From assembly GCA_002327305.1 (NCBI GenBank), contig DCUZ01000019.1:47030-81344 (forward strand): 34,315 nucleotides of DNA, in the 5' to 3' direction. The DNA is from Holophagales bacterium UBA2201 (GTDB lineage: Bacteria > Acidobacteriota > Thermoanaerobaculia > UBA2201). Made by a program: the position numbers and the translations under genes. How positions within the stretch are numbered: the first letter of the stretch is position 1; every line of letters begins with the position of its first letter. The notes under the pieces are model-generated. The model made no database searches. It had not been told where the DNA came from and saw nothing but the letters and a program-made list of their open reading frames with translations. This document shows, in pieces, positions 1 to 8,625 of the stretch.

Positions 1-402
1 GAGGTGCTGGTGCAGACGGTCCACCCCGAGCACTACAGCATCCGCCTCGCCGCCGCGCAGGACGTGGAGGCCTTCTACGCCCGGGAGCGCGGGTTCCGCG
101 ACGCCTTTCTCTACCCGCCCGCCGGGCACCTGGCACTCCTCTCCTTTTCCGCAACCTCGGCGGCCGCGGCCCGCGGGGAGGCGGAGGCGGCCGCTCGGAC
201 GCTTCGCGCGGATCCGGCGGCCTCCCGCGTCCGGATCCTGGGACCGGCCCCCGCCCCGATCGAACGGATCCAGGGGCGATTCCGCTGGCAGATCCTCCTC
301 CGCGCGGGTCACCGCCCTCCCCTGCATCGCCTCGTCGAGGCCCTCCTGCGGGCCGGCCCCTTCCGCGGAAGCGTGGACATGGACCCCCAGAACCTGTTGT
401 AG
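1..402 (+). CDS. priA: primosomal protein N' (PriA), C-terminal fragment; the gene starts before the window
   Basis: Open frame from base 1, TAG at 400-402. C-terminal motif ILGPAPAPIERIQGRFRWQILLRA is typical of PriA C-termini. Confidence 0.55.
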   Translation, partial: EVLVQTVHPEHYSIRLAAAQDVEAFYARERGFRDAFLYPPAGHLALLSFSATSAAAARGEAEAAARTLRADPAASRVRILGPAPAPIERIQGRFRWQILLRAGHRPPLHRLVEALLRAGPFRGSVDMDPQNLL

Positions 403-425
403 GATCGGCACACCATCGACAAAAC

Positions 426-449
426 ACCCCGCCACGGGGCGGGGTGTCA
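426..449. terminator. intrinsic terminator hairpin between convergent priA and hup
   Basis: Inverted repeat acaccccgcc-acgg-ggcggggtgt, followed by a T-run on the minus strand (the aaaac at 421-425 on the plus strand). Confidence 0.5.
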
Positions 450-470
450 GAAAACGGAAAAAACGGGCGA

Positions 471-764
471 TTACTTGGCGACCCGGTCCTTGAGGGTCTT
501 GCCGGCCTTGAAGGTGGGATACTTCTTGGCGGCGATCTTGATGGGCTTGCCGGTGGCCGGGTTGCGCCCCTGGCGCGCCTTCCGGTGGCGGGAGGCGAAG
601 GTGCCGAAGCCGGGGATGGAGACCTTGCGGCCCTTGTCCAGTTCGATGGCGATGATCCCCTTGCCGGGGCGGCAATCGAAAAGGGCGTCCACCACCGCGG
701 CGGCCTTCGTCTGGCCGATCCCGGTGACCTTGTTGAGCTTCTGGACCAATTCGGTTTTGTTCAT
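471..764 (-). CDS. hup: HU family nucleoid-associated DNA-binding protein
   Basis: 97 aa. MNKTELVQKL...GFGTFASRHRKARQGRNPATG is the canonical HU/IHF fold signature. Confidence 0.9.
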   Translation of the reverse strand: MNKTELVQKLNKVTGIGQTKAAAVVDALFDCRPGKGIIAIELDKGRKVSIPGFGTFASRHRKARQGRNPATGKPIKIAAKKYPTFKAGKTLKDRVAK

Positions 765-903
765 TGCTCCTCCATTAGAGAATAGTGTGTTTCATTGGAT
801 AGTATAGGCCCCAACCCGAGAGTTGTCAAGTATTTTCTGCATTTTCTCGCCCTCCCTCCCCGAACACCCCGTTGGAAAGGGCCTTTTCGGGATGACGGAC
901 CGG

Positions 904-1011
904 CGGCGGGAGGCGAAGGTGCCGAAGCCGGTCATGGAGACCCGGTGGCCCCGCTCCGGTCCCATGGCGATGATCCCCCCCGGCCGGGCCGGCAATCGAA
1001 AAGGGCCTCCA
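904..1011 (-). pseudogene. degenerate duplicate of an internal segment of the adjacent hup gene (HU fragment)
   Basis: Nucleotides 904-1011 align with hup 588-692 (ggcgggaggcgaaggtgccgaagccgg ... ggcaatcgaaaaggg). The minus-strand ORF 792-995 translates to GGIIAMGPERGHRVSMTGFGTFASRRR, versus GGIIAIELDKGRKVSIPGFGTFASRHR in HU. Confidence 0.55.
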
Positions 1012-1101
1012 TCCCCTCGGCGGCCGCCCGGAATGCGGAGCCGGGAGGGGCGGTGGGATGGTGGTATAATACCAATTCATTTTCCTCCCAGGGAGACGAT
1101 C

Positions 1102-3192
1102 ATGAAAGCCTACGACACCGAGCACATCCGGAATGTGGTCTTCGCGGGCCACAACGACACGGGCAAGACCACCCTCATCTCCGGCCTCCTTTTCGCCGCC
1201 GGGGCCGTGAACCGGTTCCTGCGCGTGGAGGACGGCAACACCGTCACCGATTTCGACGAGGAGGAGATCGCCCGCAAGATCTCCATCCAGCTCGGGGTCG
1301 CCAACGCCGAATGGAAGGGGCACAAGATCAACCTGCTCGACACCCCCGGCTACGCGATCTTCATCGCCGAGACGATGGCGGGGATGAAGGTGGCCGACGC
1401 CCTGGTCCTGACGGTCAACGGCGTGGCCGGCATCGAGGTGAGCACCGACCGCCTCTTCAAGCTCGGCGAGCAGTTCAAGCTCCCCGCGGTCCTGGTGGTC
1501 ACCAAGATGGACAAGGAGCACGCCGACGACGAGAAGGTGATGAACCAGCTCCGGGAAAAGTTCGGCCACCGGGTGATCGCCCTCCAGCTCCCTATCGGCC
1601 GCGAGGCCGCCTTCCAGGGGATCGTGGACCTGGTGACGATGAAGGCGCACCTCTTCCCCAAGGACGGCAACCCCGCCGGCAAGGAGGCGGAGGTCCCGGC
1701 CGACCTGAAGGACCGGGCCAAAGCCGCCCACGACGCGCTGGTGGAGAAGGTGGCCGAGGGCGACGAGAAACTCATGGAGAAGTTCTTCGAGGCCGGGACC
1801 CTCACCCCCGAGGAAATGCTGGCCGGCCTGAAGAAGGGGATCGCCTCCCGCGACATCATGCCGGTCTGCTTCTGCTCGGCCGACAAGCTGGCGGGGATGA
1901 CCACCCTCCTCGACGTCCTGACCGGCCTCCTCCCCGCGCCCGCCTCGGCGGCCTGGGAGGCCAGGAACGCCGTCAGCGGCGAGCCCGCCACCCCGGCCGA
2001 GGGCGCCCCCACCGCCTTCGTCTTCAAGACCATCTCGGACCCGTTCGCCGGGCGCATCTCGATCTTCAAGGTGGTCACCGGCGCCTTCAAGTCCGACGGC
2101 ACCTACTACAACGCCAACCGCGAGACCCCCGAGCGGTTCGGCTCCCTCACCGCCATCCAGGGCAAGACCCTGACCCCCGTGACGGAAGCGCCGGCCGGCG
2201 ACATCGTCGCCATCACCAAGTTGAAGGAGACCCGCACCTTCGACACCCTCTGCGAAAAGGGCGCGCCCGTCAAGTACGAGCCGCTCAAGCTCGCCGAGCC
2301 CTCCATCTCCTTCGCCATCGAGCCCAAGAGCAAGGGCGACGAGGACAAGATCTCCGGCGCCCTGGCCCGCCTCATGGAGGAGGACCCGGTCCTCCGGCTC
2401 ACCCGCGATCAGCAGACCAAGGAGATCGTCCTCTCCGGCGCCGGGCAGATCCACATCGAGATCGTGGTCAACAAGCTCAAGACGAAGTACGGCGTCGGCG
2501 TGAACCTCAAGCTCCCGAAGGTCCCCTACAAGGAGACCGTCACCCGCCGGGCCGAAACCACCTACCGCCACAAGAAGCAGACGGGCGGCCGGGGGCAGTT
2601 CGCCGAGTGCTCCATCGTCATCGAGCCCGCGGGGCGCGGCGAGGGGTACGAGTACCTCGACGAGATCTTCGGCGGCTCCATCCCCCTGAACTTCCGCCCC
2701 TCCGTGGACAAGGGGATCCAGGCCACGGCCGTCAAGGGGGTGCTGGCCGGCTACCCGGTGGTGGACTTCAAGATCCGCCTGGTGGACGGCAAGTTCCACC
2801 CCGTCGATTCCTCCGACCGCGCCTTCCAGATCGCCGGCTCGATGGGGTTCAAGGAGGCCTTCGCCAAGGCCGGCCCCACCCTCCTGGAACCCATCTTCAA
2901 CCTGGAGATCGTCAGCCCCGAGGAGTTCACCGGCGACATCATGGGCGACCTCAACGGCCGAAGGGGCCGGGTGCAGGGAATGGACGTGGAAGGGGACAAC
3001 CGGGTGGTCAAGGCCCAGGTGCCGCTGGCCGAGATCCTCACCTACTCCTCCGACCTGCGCTCCAAGACCCAGGGGCGCGCCTCCTTCACCATGGAGTTCT
3101 CCCATTACGAGGAAGTTCCCAAGCACGCGCAGGAGAAGGTCATCGCCGCCGCCAAGAAGGAGAAGGCCGGGGAAGCGGAGGAGGAAGAATAG
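1102..3192 (+). CDS. elongation factor G paralog (EF-G-like translational GTPase) with atypical G motifs
   Basis: 697 aa. RBS GGGAG 6 nt upstream of ATG 1102. G1 is GHNDTGKTT and G4 is TKMD, but G3 reads DTPGY instead of DTPGH. EF-G domains II-V are recognisable; extended -10 tggtataat at 1062. Confidence 0.85.
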   Translation: MKAYDTEHIRNVVFAGHNDTGKTTLISGLLFAAGAVNRFLRVEDGNTVTDFDEEEIARKISIQLGVANAEWKGHKINLLDTPGYAIFIAETMAGMKVADALVLTVNGVAGIEVSTDRLFKLGEQFKLPAVLVVTKMDKEHADDEKVMNQLREKFGHRVIALQLPIGREAAFQGIVDLVTMKAHLFPKDGNPAGKEAEVPADLKDRAKAAHDALVEKVAEGDEKLMEKFFEAGTLTPEEMLAGLKKGIASRDIMPVCFCSADKLAGMTTLLDVLTGLLPAPASAAWEARNAVSGEPATPAEGAPTAFVFKTISDPFAGRISIFKVVTGAFKSDGTYYNANRETPERFGSLTAIQGKTLTPVTEAPAGDIVAITKLKETRTFDTLCEKGAPVKYEPLKLAEPSISFAIEPKSKGDEDKISGALARLMEEDPVLRLTRDQQTKEIVLSGAGQIHIEIVVNKLKTKYGVGVNLKLPKVPYKETVTRRAETTYRHKKQTGGRGQFAECSIVIEPAGRGEGYEYLDEIFGGSIPLNFRPSVDKGIQATAVKGVLAGYPVVDFKIRLVDGKFHPVDSSDRAFQIAGSMGFKEAFAKAGPTLLEPIFNLEIVSPEEFTGDIMGDLNGRRGRVQGMDVEGDNRVVKAQVPLAEILTYSSDLRSKTQGRASFTMEFSHYEEVPKHAQEKVIAAAKKEKAGEAEEEE

Positions 3193-3196
3193 AACC

Positions 3197-3222
3197 GGGG
3201 CGGGTTGCCCTCGTCCCGCCCC
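3197..3222 (+). terminator. GC-rich hairpin downstream of the EF-G-like gene
   Basis: Stem gggcggg ... cccgccc; no clear T-run follows. Confidence 0.3.
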
Positions 3223-3420
3223 CCCGGCAATATCCTCCCGCTCATCACGACTCAGGGTTCTCCCCAGGGAAGAATCTTCCGGTGAGCCGCTCTCTCTGCG
3301 CCGGGGCAAGGTATAATAATCCCATGCCCCGAACAGGCCGACCAAGGAAGCGAATCAACCGTCCGGCTTCATTTTTTCTTAACATTGGCGGGTTATCATC
3401 ATAGCGTCCCGACCTCAGCC

Positions 3421-5001
3421 ATGAAGAACCGGACCGCCTCCCTCAGCGCACCGCGACCCCCGACGAAGGCCCCCTTCCCCCTGAGGGCCGCCTGCGTGGA
3501 CATGGGCTCCAACGCCATCCGCTTCTTCGCCGCCGAGTTCGGCTCCCCCACCCAATCCACCGTCCTCGACGATGAACGCCTCCCCGTGCGCCTGGGGGCC
3601 GGCGTTTTCCTCTCCGGCCGCCTCGATGCGGCGGCGATGGAGGAGGCCCTGGCGTCGCTGGCGGGCCTCCCCGCGCGCCTTCAGGCCTTGAAGATCGATC
3701 TGTTCCGGATGGTGGCCACCAGCGCGGTGCGGGAAGCCGTCAATGGAAAGGCCTTCCTGGAGCGGGTGGAGAGGACGACGGGCCTGCGGGGCGAGACCAT
3801 CTCGGGCTACGAGGAGGCCCGCCTCATCCACCGCGCGGTGCGCGGGCGGGTCCCCATGGGGAGGCGGCCATGGCTGATGGTGGACGTGGGGGGCGGGAGC
3901 GTGGAGGTGACCCTCGCCGACACCGAGGGGCTGGTCTGGAGCGAATCGCACACCATGGGGGCCGTGCGCCTGTTGGAGGAGCTGGCCGGGGGAAGGCAGG
4001 AGCCGGGTCATCTCCGCCGCCTCCTGGAGGAATATGTAGCCACCCTCAACCTTCCCGCCGTCCTGGGGCGCCAGCGCCCCGCCGGCCTCATCGCCACCGG
4101 GGGCAACATCGACGCCCTGGCCCTCCTGGCGGGGGCCCTCCCGCCGAACGGCGGGCCCGGCCGGCTCCCAAGGGCCGACCTCCGAAAACTCATCGGAACC
4201 CTCTCGCGCCTCTCCCACGCCCGCCGGGTGCGCGACCTGGGCCTCCGCCCCGATCGGGCCGACGTCATCCTTCCGGCCGCCCTCGTCTACGACCGGGCCG
4301 CCGAGCTGGCGGGGGCCAGGGAAATCTGGGTTCCCCGCGCCGGGTTGAAGGAGGGGCTCCTCCTGGACCTGGTGGAGGACGCCGCCACCCACCGCGACCA
4401 TGTTGCGCGGCAGGACCGGCAGACCCGGGCGGGGGCCCTGGCGCTGGGGCGGCGGTACCGCTTCGACGAAGCCCACGCGGAGCAGGTCGCGTCCCTGGCG
4501 CTTTCGCTGTTCGACCAGCTGCGGCCCCTTCACGGCCTCGGAGAAACGGACCGCCGGCTCCTGACGGCCGCGGCGCTCCTGCACGACATCGGCAGTCACG
4601 TCTCCTACCGGAAACACCACAAGCACTCGCTCTACCTCATCGCCCAGTCGGAGCTCCCCGGATTCTCGGCGGAGCAGATGCTCCTCACGGCCAATATCGC
4701 GCGCTACCACCGCAAGGCGGAGCCCGGCCCGACCCATCCCGATTTCGCGGACCTGCCCCGCGGGGACCAGCGTCGGGTGCGGAAGCTCGCGGCCCTCCTG
4801 AGGGTGGCCGACGCCCTCGACCGCGAGCACCTCCAGGCCGTCCGGGGGATCAGGGCGCGGGGCGCGGGGCGCACGGTGCGCCTCCGCGTCGACGGGACGG
4901 GCGACCGGGTGCTGGAGCGGTGGGCCCTGCGGCGCAAGGCGGGGCTCTTCGAGCGGACGTACGGCCGGGAACTCATCCTCACCACAGGGGGAAAACCATG
5001 A
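3421..5001 (+). CDS. ppx: Ppx/GppA family exopolyphosphatase / pppGpp phosphohydrolase with C-terminal HD domain
   Basis: VDMGSNAIRF is the ASKHA N-terminal motif; the HD region reads HDIGSHVSYRKHHKHS. ATG 3421 was chosen and the 5' end is uncertain. Confidence 0.85.
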   Translation: MKNRTASLSAPRPPTKAPFPLRAACVDMGSNAIRFFAAEFGSPTQSTVLDDERLPVRLGAGVFLSGRLDAAAMEEALASLAGLPARLQALKIDLFRMVATSAVREAVNGKAFLERVERTTGLRGETISGYEEARLIHRAVRGRVPMGRRPWLMVDVGGGSVEVTLADTEGLVWSESHTMGAVRLLEELAGGRQEPGHLRRLLEEYVATLNLPAVLGRQRPAGLIATGGNIDALALLAGALPPNGGPGRLPRADLRKLIGTLSRLSHARRVRDLGLRPDRADVILPAALVYDRAAELAGAREIWVPRAGLKEGLLLDLVEDAATHRDHVARQDRQTRAGALALGRRYRFDEAHAEQVASLALSLFDQLRPLHGLGETDRRLLTAAALLHDIGSHVSYRKHHKHSLYLIAQSELPGFSAEQMLLTANIARYHRKAEPGPTHPDFADLPRGDQRRVRKLAALLRVADALDREHLQAVRGIRARGAGRTVRLRVDGTGDRVLERWALRRKAGLFERTYGRELILTTGGKP

Positions 5002-5027
5002 TCCCAAGGGGAGAAACCATGATCCCG
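4986..5027 (+). repeat. 21-bp tandem duplication spanning the RBS and start codon of the downstream kinase gene
   Basis: gggggaaaaccatgatcccaa is followed directly by ggggagaaaccatgatcccgg. Confidence 0.8.
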
Positions 5028-5684
5028 GGAAAACTGATCGCTGTGGAGGGGCTCGACGGGTCGGGCAAATCCACGCAGATCCACCTGGTCCATCAGTGGC
5101 TCCAGGGGCTCCGGTGCGGGGTCTTCTTCACCGAGTGGAACTCCAGCGGCCTCGTCAAGGGGGCGACGCGGCGGGGGAAGAAGCAGCAGATCCTCACCCC
5201 CGTCACCTTTTCCCTCATCCACGCCACCGACTTCGCCGACCGGTACGAGCGGCAGATCCTCCCCATGCTCAAGGGGGGGCACATCGTCCTGTGCGATCGC
5301 TACATCTTCACCCCCTTCGGCCGCGACGAGGTGCGTGGCTGCGATCCGAAGTGGCTGCGCACCCTGTACGGGTTCGCCCGCGTCCCCGACATCACCCTCT
5401 ACTTCCGCCTCCCCCTGGCCGTCTCGCTGGGGCGCATCCTGGAGGGCCGCCCCAAGTTGAAGTATTTCGAGGCGGGGATGGACATGGGGCTCTCTCCCGA
5501 CATCATCGAGTCGTTCAAGATCTTTCAGGGGCGTATCATGGAGCGGTACGACCGGATGGCCAAGGAGTTCAAGTTCACCGTCATCGACGCCACGCGCCCC
5601 ATTCACGCGCAGCAGGAGCAGGTGCGGAGGATCATCGCCCAGCGGATCGACCTGGCGAAATACCATCAGAGGGGTCTCCAATGA
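4998..5684 (+). CDS. thymidylate kinase-like P-loop kinase, paralog 1
   Basis: Walker A VEGLDGSGKST and motif DRY (LCDRYIF). ATGA overlap with the ppx stop. An alternative start at 5019 is created by the tandem duplication. Confidence 0.75.
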   Translation: MIPRGETMIPGKLIAVEGLDGSGKSTQIHLVHQWLQGLRCGVFFTEWNSSGLVKGATRRGKKQQILTPVTFSLIHATDFADRYERQILPMLKGGHIVLCDRYIFTPFGRDEVRGCDPKWLRTLYGFARVPDITLYFRLPLAVSLGRILEGRPKLKYFEAGMDMGLSPDIIESFKIFQGRIMERYDRMAKEFKFTVIDATRPIHAQQEQVRRIIAQRIDLAKYHQRGLQ

Positions 5685-6388
5685 GGGCCAAGCGCTGCTA
5701 CCTCAAGCCCCTTCCGGGCGTGGTCCCCGCCAAACTGCCGGGCCTCCTTCTCGTCATCGAGGGCCCGGACTCGTCGGGGCGCTCCACCCACATCGGCCTG
5801 CTGGCGCAGTGGCTGGAGGAGCGGGGCCACGCCGTGGCCCAGGCGGGGCTGAAGCGCTCCGAACTGGTGGGGCTGGAGCTGGAGCAGGCCAAGGCGGGGA
5901 ACGTCCTTTCGCCCCGTACCATGTCGCTCTTCTACGCCACCGATTTCTACGACCAGTTGGAGAACCGCATCGTCCCCGCGCTCAGGGCCGGCACCGTGGT
6001 CCTGGCCGACCGGTACTTCTTCACCCTCATGGCGCGCGACATCGTCCGCGGCGGCGACCGCTCCTGGCTGGAGTCGCTCTACGGGATGGCCATCGTCCCC
6101 GACGCCGTCTATTCGTTCATCGTCTCCTCCCGCACCCTGGTCCAGCGAACCCTCCACTCCCACGCCCTCATGGACTACTGGGAGTCGGGGATGGACCTGG
6201 GCCTCTCGCGCGACTGGTTCGACTCCTTCCTGGCCTACCAGCGGCGGATGCGGGTGGAGTTCCACCGGATGAAGGAAAAGTACGGGTTCGAAGAGATCAA
6301 CGCCAACCGCTCCATCCGCGCTATCCAGGCCGACCTGCGAGCCCGGGTCCAGACCGTTCTGGACACCCGGCTTGCAGGGATGAAGTAG
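5681..6388 (+). CDS. thymidylate kinase-like P-loop kinase, paralog 2, with a Lys-to-Arg Walker A
   Basis: IEGPDSSGRST, ADRYFF. Colinear similarity to paralog 1 (ATDF.D, VRGGD..WL..LYG, SGMDLGLS). ATGA overlap with paralog 1. Confidence 0.75.
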   Translation: MRAKRCYLKPLPGVVPAKLPGLLLVIEGPDSSGRSTHIGLLAQWLEERGHAVAQAGLKRSELVGLELEQAKAGNVLSPRTMSLFYATDFYDQLENRIVPALRAGTVVLADRYFFTLMARDIVRGGDRSWLESLYGMAIVPDAVYSFIVSSRTLVQRTLHSHALMDYWESGMDLGLSRDWFDSFLAYQRRMRVEFHRMKEKYGFEEINANRSIRAIQADLRARVQTVLDTRLAGMK

Positions 6389-6399
6389 GAGGACCTTCC

Positions 6400-6813
6400 A
6401 TGCCCACCCGTTCCGTCCGCAAGACCCAGCCCGTCCGCAAGGCCCGGCCCGTGCGCAAAGCCCCGCCCCAACCCAAAGCCGCCCCGGCCCCGAAACCCTC
6501 CGGAAAGGAGACCCGCAAGGCGCGCCACGCCGGGCGGCTGAAGGCCGGCCTATTGGCTCTGCGGACCACCCTCCAGGAGGTCCAGGAGCACTATTCGGTC
6601 CGGACCAACGGCCTGCTCGTCCAGATGATGCAGGTCGTGGAGCCGCCCGAGGGGTCGGAGCACCCGGTCCTCCCCTCCCGCAAGACCGTGGACCGGATGC
6701 TGGAGGCGATCCAGGGTCTCAAGGTCAAGCCCAAGAAGGGGCGGGGCAAGGATTTGCAGCGCCTCCAGGACCTGCTCGAGGCGCTGTGGATCCAATTGCC
6801 CCCTCAACCGTAA
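6400..6813 (+). CDS. small basic protein with an N-terminal P-V-R-K-A repeat tail (hypothetical)
   Basis: RBS aggagga precedes ATG 6400. N-terminus MPTRSVRKTQPVRKARPVRKAPPQPKAAPAPKPSGKETRKAR is encoded by three 15-bp nucleotide repeats of ccgtccgcaaggccc. Confidence 0.6.
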   Translation: MPTRSVRKTQPVRKARPVRKAPPQPKAAPAPKPSGKETRKARHAGRLKAGLLALRTTLQEVQEHYSVRTNGLLVQMMQVVEPPEGSEHPVLPSRKTVDRMLEAIQGLKVKPKKGRGKDLQRLQDLLEALWIQLPPQP

Positions 6814-6855
6814 ATACAGGCTGAGGGCTTTAGGCTGAAGGTTGAAGGAATAGCT

Positions 6856-7854
6856 TTGATATTAAAACGCCAGGTGCGTGTCGCATCCTATGGACTCCAT
6901 CCCGGCGACACGCTGGCCGAAGCGGCGCGGAAGATCATCCTCAAACAGGTGGCACGGATGCGCAAGCACGCGCCCGGGACCCGTGAGGGGAGGGACTGCG
7001 AGGCCCTCCACGACATGCGGGTGGCCACGCGCCGCCTCCGCTTCGCCCTCCGCCTCTTCGCCCCCTGGATGCCCCCCGGACGGGCCGACCGTCTCCGGAC
7101 GGACCTGCGGCGCGTGGCCCTTGCCCTGGGGCGGGTGCGGGACCTGGATGTGTTCCTGGAGGGCCTGCCCTCCCTGGCGGACGAGGCCGGGCTGTCCGCG
7201 GATCAGCGCCGGGCCCTTCTGGGCGCCCTGCGGCGCAGGCGCGGGCAAGGGCGTTCGGTGCTGGTGCGGATGCTCGCCGGCCGCCGCTTCCTGGCGCTGG
7301 TCCTCGTCCTGGAGCGGGTCCCGCTGAGCGGAGCGGACGCGCCCGCGCGGGAGGCATCGGGCCGCATGCTCCGGAAGGCCGCCCGCGCCCTTCGCGCCTG
7401 GGGGCGCCGGGCCGACCTCACCCGTCCGGCGGACCTGCACCGCCTCCGCATCCTGTTCAAGCGCCTCCGCTATACCTGCGAGTATTTCAACGAACTCTAC
7501 GGAGGCGCCCTCGACGGCGCCATCGCCCGGTTCATCCGGTTCCAGGACTGCCTGGGCCGCTACCAGGACGCCGTCATCGCCGCCTCCCTTCTGGACGGGT
7601 TGCCCGGAAGCCGGAAACCGGAGGACGGGGGCGACGCGGGGCGTGACCGAGATCGACCTGATCTTGCAGGGGCGACGGCGAAAATTCAGGAGATCCTGCG
7701 CGCCGAAAGGGGGCTTCAGAGGGAGGCGTTTGCGGAGTTGTGGGTGGACTTTCCCCTGCTGATGCGCGCCTTCACCAAACTCCAAGGACTCCCGGAACGA
7801 CCCGGGACGGAGTCCGTGCCTTCGGGCACGGACCCGGAGGGGCGCAACCCATAA
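6856..7854 (+). CDS. CHAD domain protein (polyphosphate-associated helical domain)
   Basis: HDMRVATRRLRFALRLF and further His/Arg-rich helices are typical of CHAD. TTG start with RBS gaagga. Confidence 0.7.
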   Translation: MILKRQVRVASYGLHPGDTLAEAARKIILKQVARMRKHAPGTREGRDCEALHDMRVATRRLRFALRLFAPWMPPGRADRLRTDLRRVALALGRVRDLDVFLEGLPSLADEAGLSADQRRALLGALRRRRGQGRSVLVRMLAGRRFLALVLVLERVPLSGADAPAREASGRMLRKAARALRAWGRRADLTRPADLHRLRILFKRLRYTCEYFNELYGGALDGAIARFIRFQDCLGRYQDAVIAASLLDGLPGSRKPEDGGDAGRDRDRPDLAGATAKIQEILRAERGLQREAFAELWVDFPLLMRAFTKLQGLPERPGTESVPSGTDPEGRNP

Positions 7855-7912
7855 GCAAACCGTTGATTTTCAAGGCAATGGAGATGAACCTGCCGCCGGG
7901 AAAAAGATCCCC

Positions 7913-7941
7913 TTGACACTGATTGTTTATTAGCATACAAT
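7913..7941 (+). promoter_or_regulatory. sigma70-like promoter for marR (TTGACA-N17-TACAAT) within an AT-rich operator-like region
   Basis: ccTTGACActgattgtttattagcaTACAAT. Confidence 0.45.
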
Positions 7942-7964
7942 ATACATATGAAAGGACGAGCGCC

Positions 7965-8456
7965 ATGGGATTGAAGGACGAGCTGGGGCTTCCCCACCCC
8001 GTCGCCACGCTGGCCCACGAGGCCATGCTCAACATCTTCGTCACCGCCGAGGCCCTCGGCAAGGAGGCGGACCGGGTCCTCCAGCCGCACGGCCTCACCA
8101 AGGCCCAGTTCGACATCCTCATGCTGCTGGAACACCAGACGGCCGACGGCGGGGCCGACCAGAGCACCCTCGGCCGGATGCTGGTGGTGAACCGCTCCAA
8201 TGTCACGGGCCTGATCGACCGGATGGAGCGGGACGGGCTGGTGAAGAGGATGGCCGATCCGGCCGACCGGCGCGTCAACCGGGTCAGGATGACTCCCAAG
8301 GGGATGAAGGTCCTCCGCGCCGCCGAGCAGGCCTATGTCGCGAGGACGCGCGAGGTGGTCGCCGCCCTCCGCGCCGCCGAGCAGGAGGCCCTCTGCCGGA
8401 CCCTGGAGCGGGTGCGGGCCTCCCTGCGCAAAAACCCTAATCCAAAGAAGGCCTAA
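7965..8456 (+). CDS. MarR family transcriptional regulator
   Basis: Winged-helix MarR signature (LTKAQFDILMLLE...RSNVTGLIDRMERDGLVKR). My hand count and the ORF-track frame disagree by 1 nt at the start. Confidence 0.85.
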   Translation: MGLKDELGLPHPVATLAHEAMLNIFVTAEALGKEADRVLQPHGLTKAQFDILMLLEHQTADGGADQSTLGRMLVVNRSNVTGLIDRMERDGLVKRMADPADRRVNRVRMTPKGMKVLRAAEQAYVARTREVVAALRAAEQEALCRTLERVRASLRKNPNPKKA

Positions 8457-8532
8457 ATGATCACCCGCAAGAATCCCCTGGATTTTTTTGCATTATATGG
8501 TTCACTAGTATACTGTATATGTACACTCTATC

Positions 8533-8625
8533 TGCTTCCTGTTCCTTGTTCCTCGTTCCTCGTTCTTCGTTCCTCGTTCTTCTGCCTTCCTTCTTCATCC
8601 TTCCTCCTTCTACCTTCTTACTTTA
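8533..8625 (+). repeat. pyrimidine-rich tandem heptamer array (about 12 units; cgttcct / cgttctt / ccttctt) in the leader of the radical SAM gene
   Basis: Strict 7-nt periodicity. It is preceded by AT-rich palindromes (agtatact at 8505-8525). Confidence 0.75.

Noticed and set aside
826-3345. 839-aa minus-strand ORF antisense to the EF-G-like gene. Similar long antisense or alternative-frame ORFs include 3415-5007(-), 14088-15854(-), 15743-16981(-), 18367-19374(+), 19435-21480(+), 22623-23537(-), 24941-26257(+), 26065-27279(+), 27373-28431(+), 31023-31970(-), 32832-34037(-), 795-3404(+)
   Set aside because: High GC depletes stop codons, so long open frames appear on every strand. These ORFs have low-complexity Gly/Arg/Pro/Asp-rich translations, no RBS and no recognisable domains. 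The overlapping frames carry clear homologs.
3870-4997. Upstream extension of the kinase ORF (3870-5684), giving a 604-aa protein
   Set aside because: The extension lies in an alternative frame of ppx and translates to Gly/Arg/Pro low complexity. An RBS plus ATG at 4998/5019 aligns with the Tmk N-terminus.
8533-8625. CRISPR array or microsatellite phase-variation tract
   Set aside because: The units are 7 nt with no spacers, so this is not CRISPR. It is not inside a coding frame, so any slippage effect would be regulatory rather than frameshifting.
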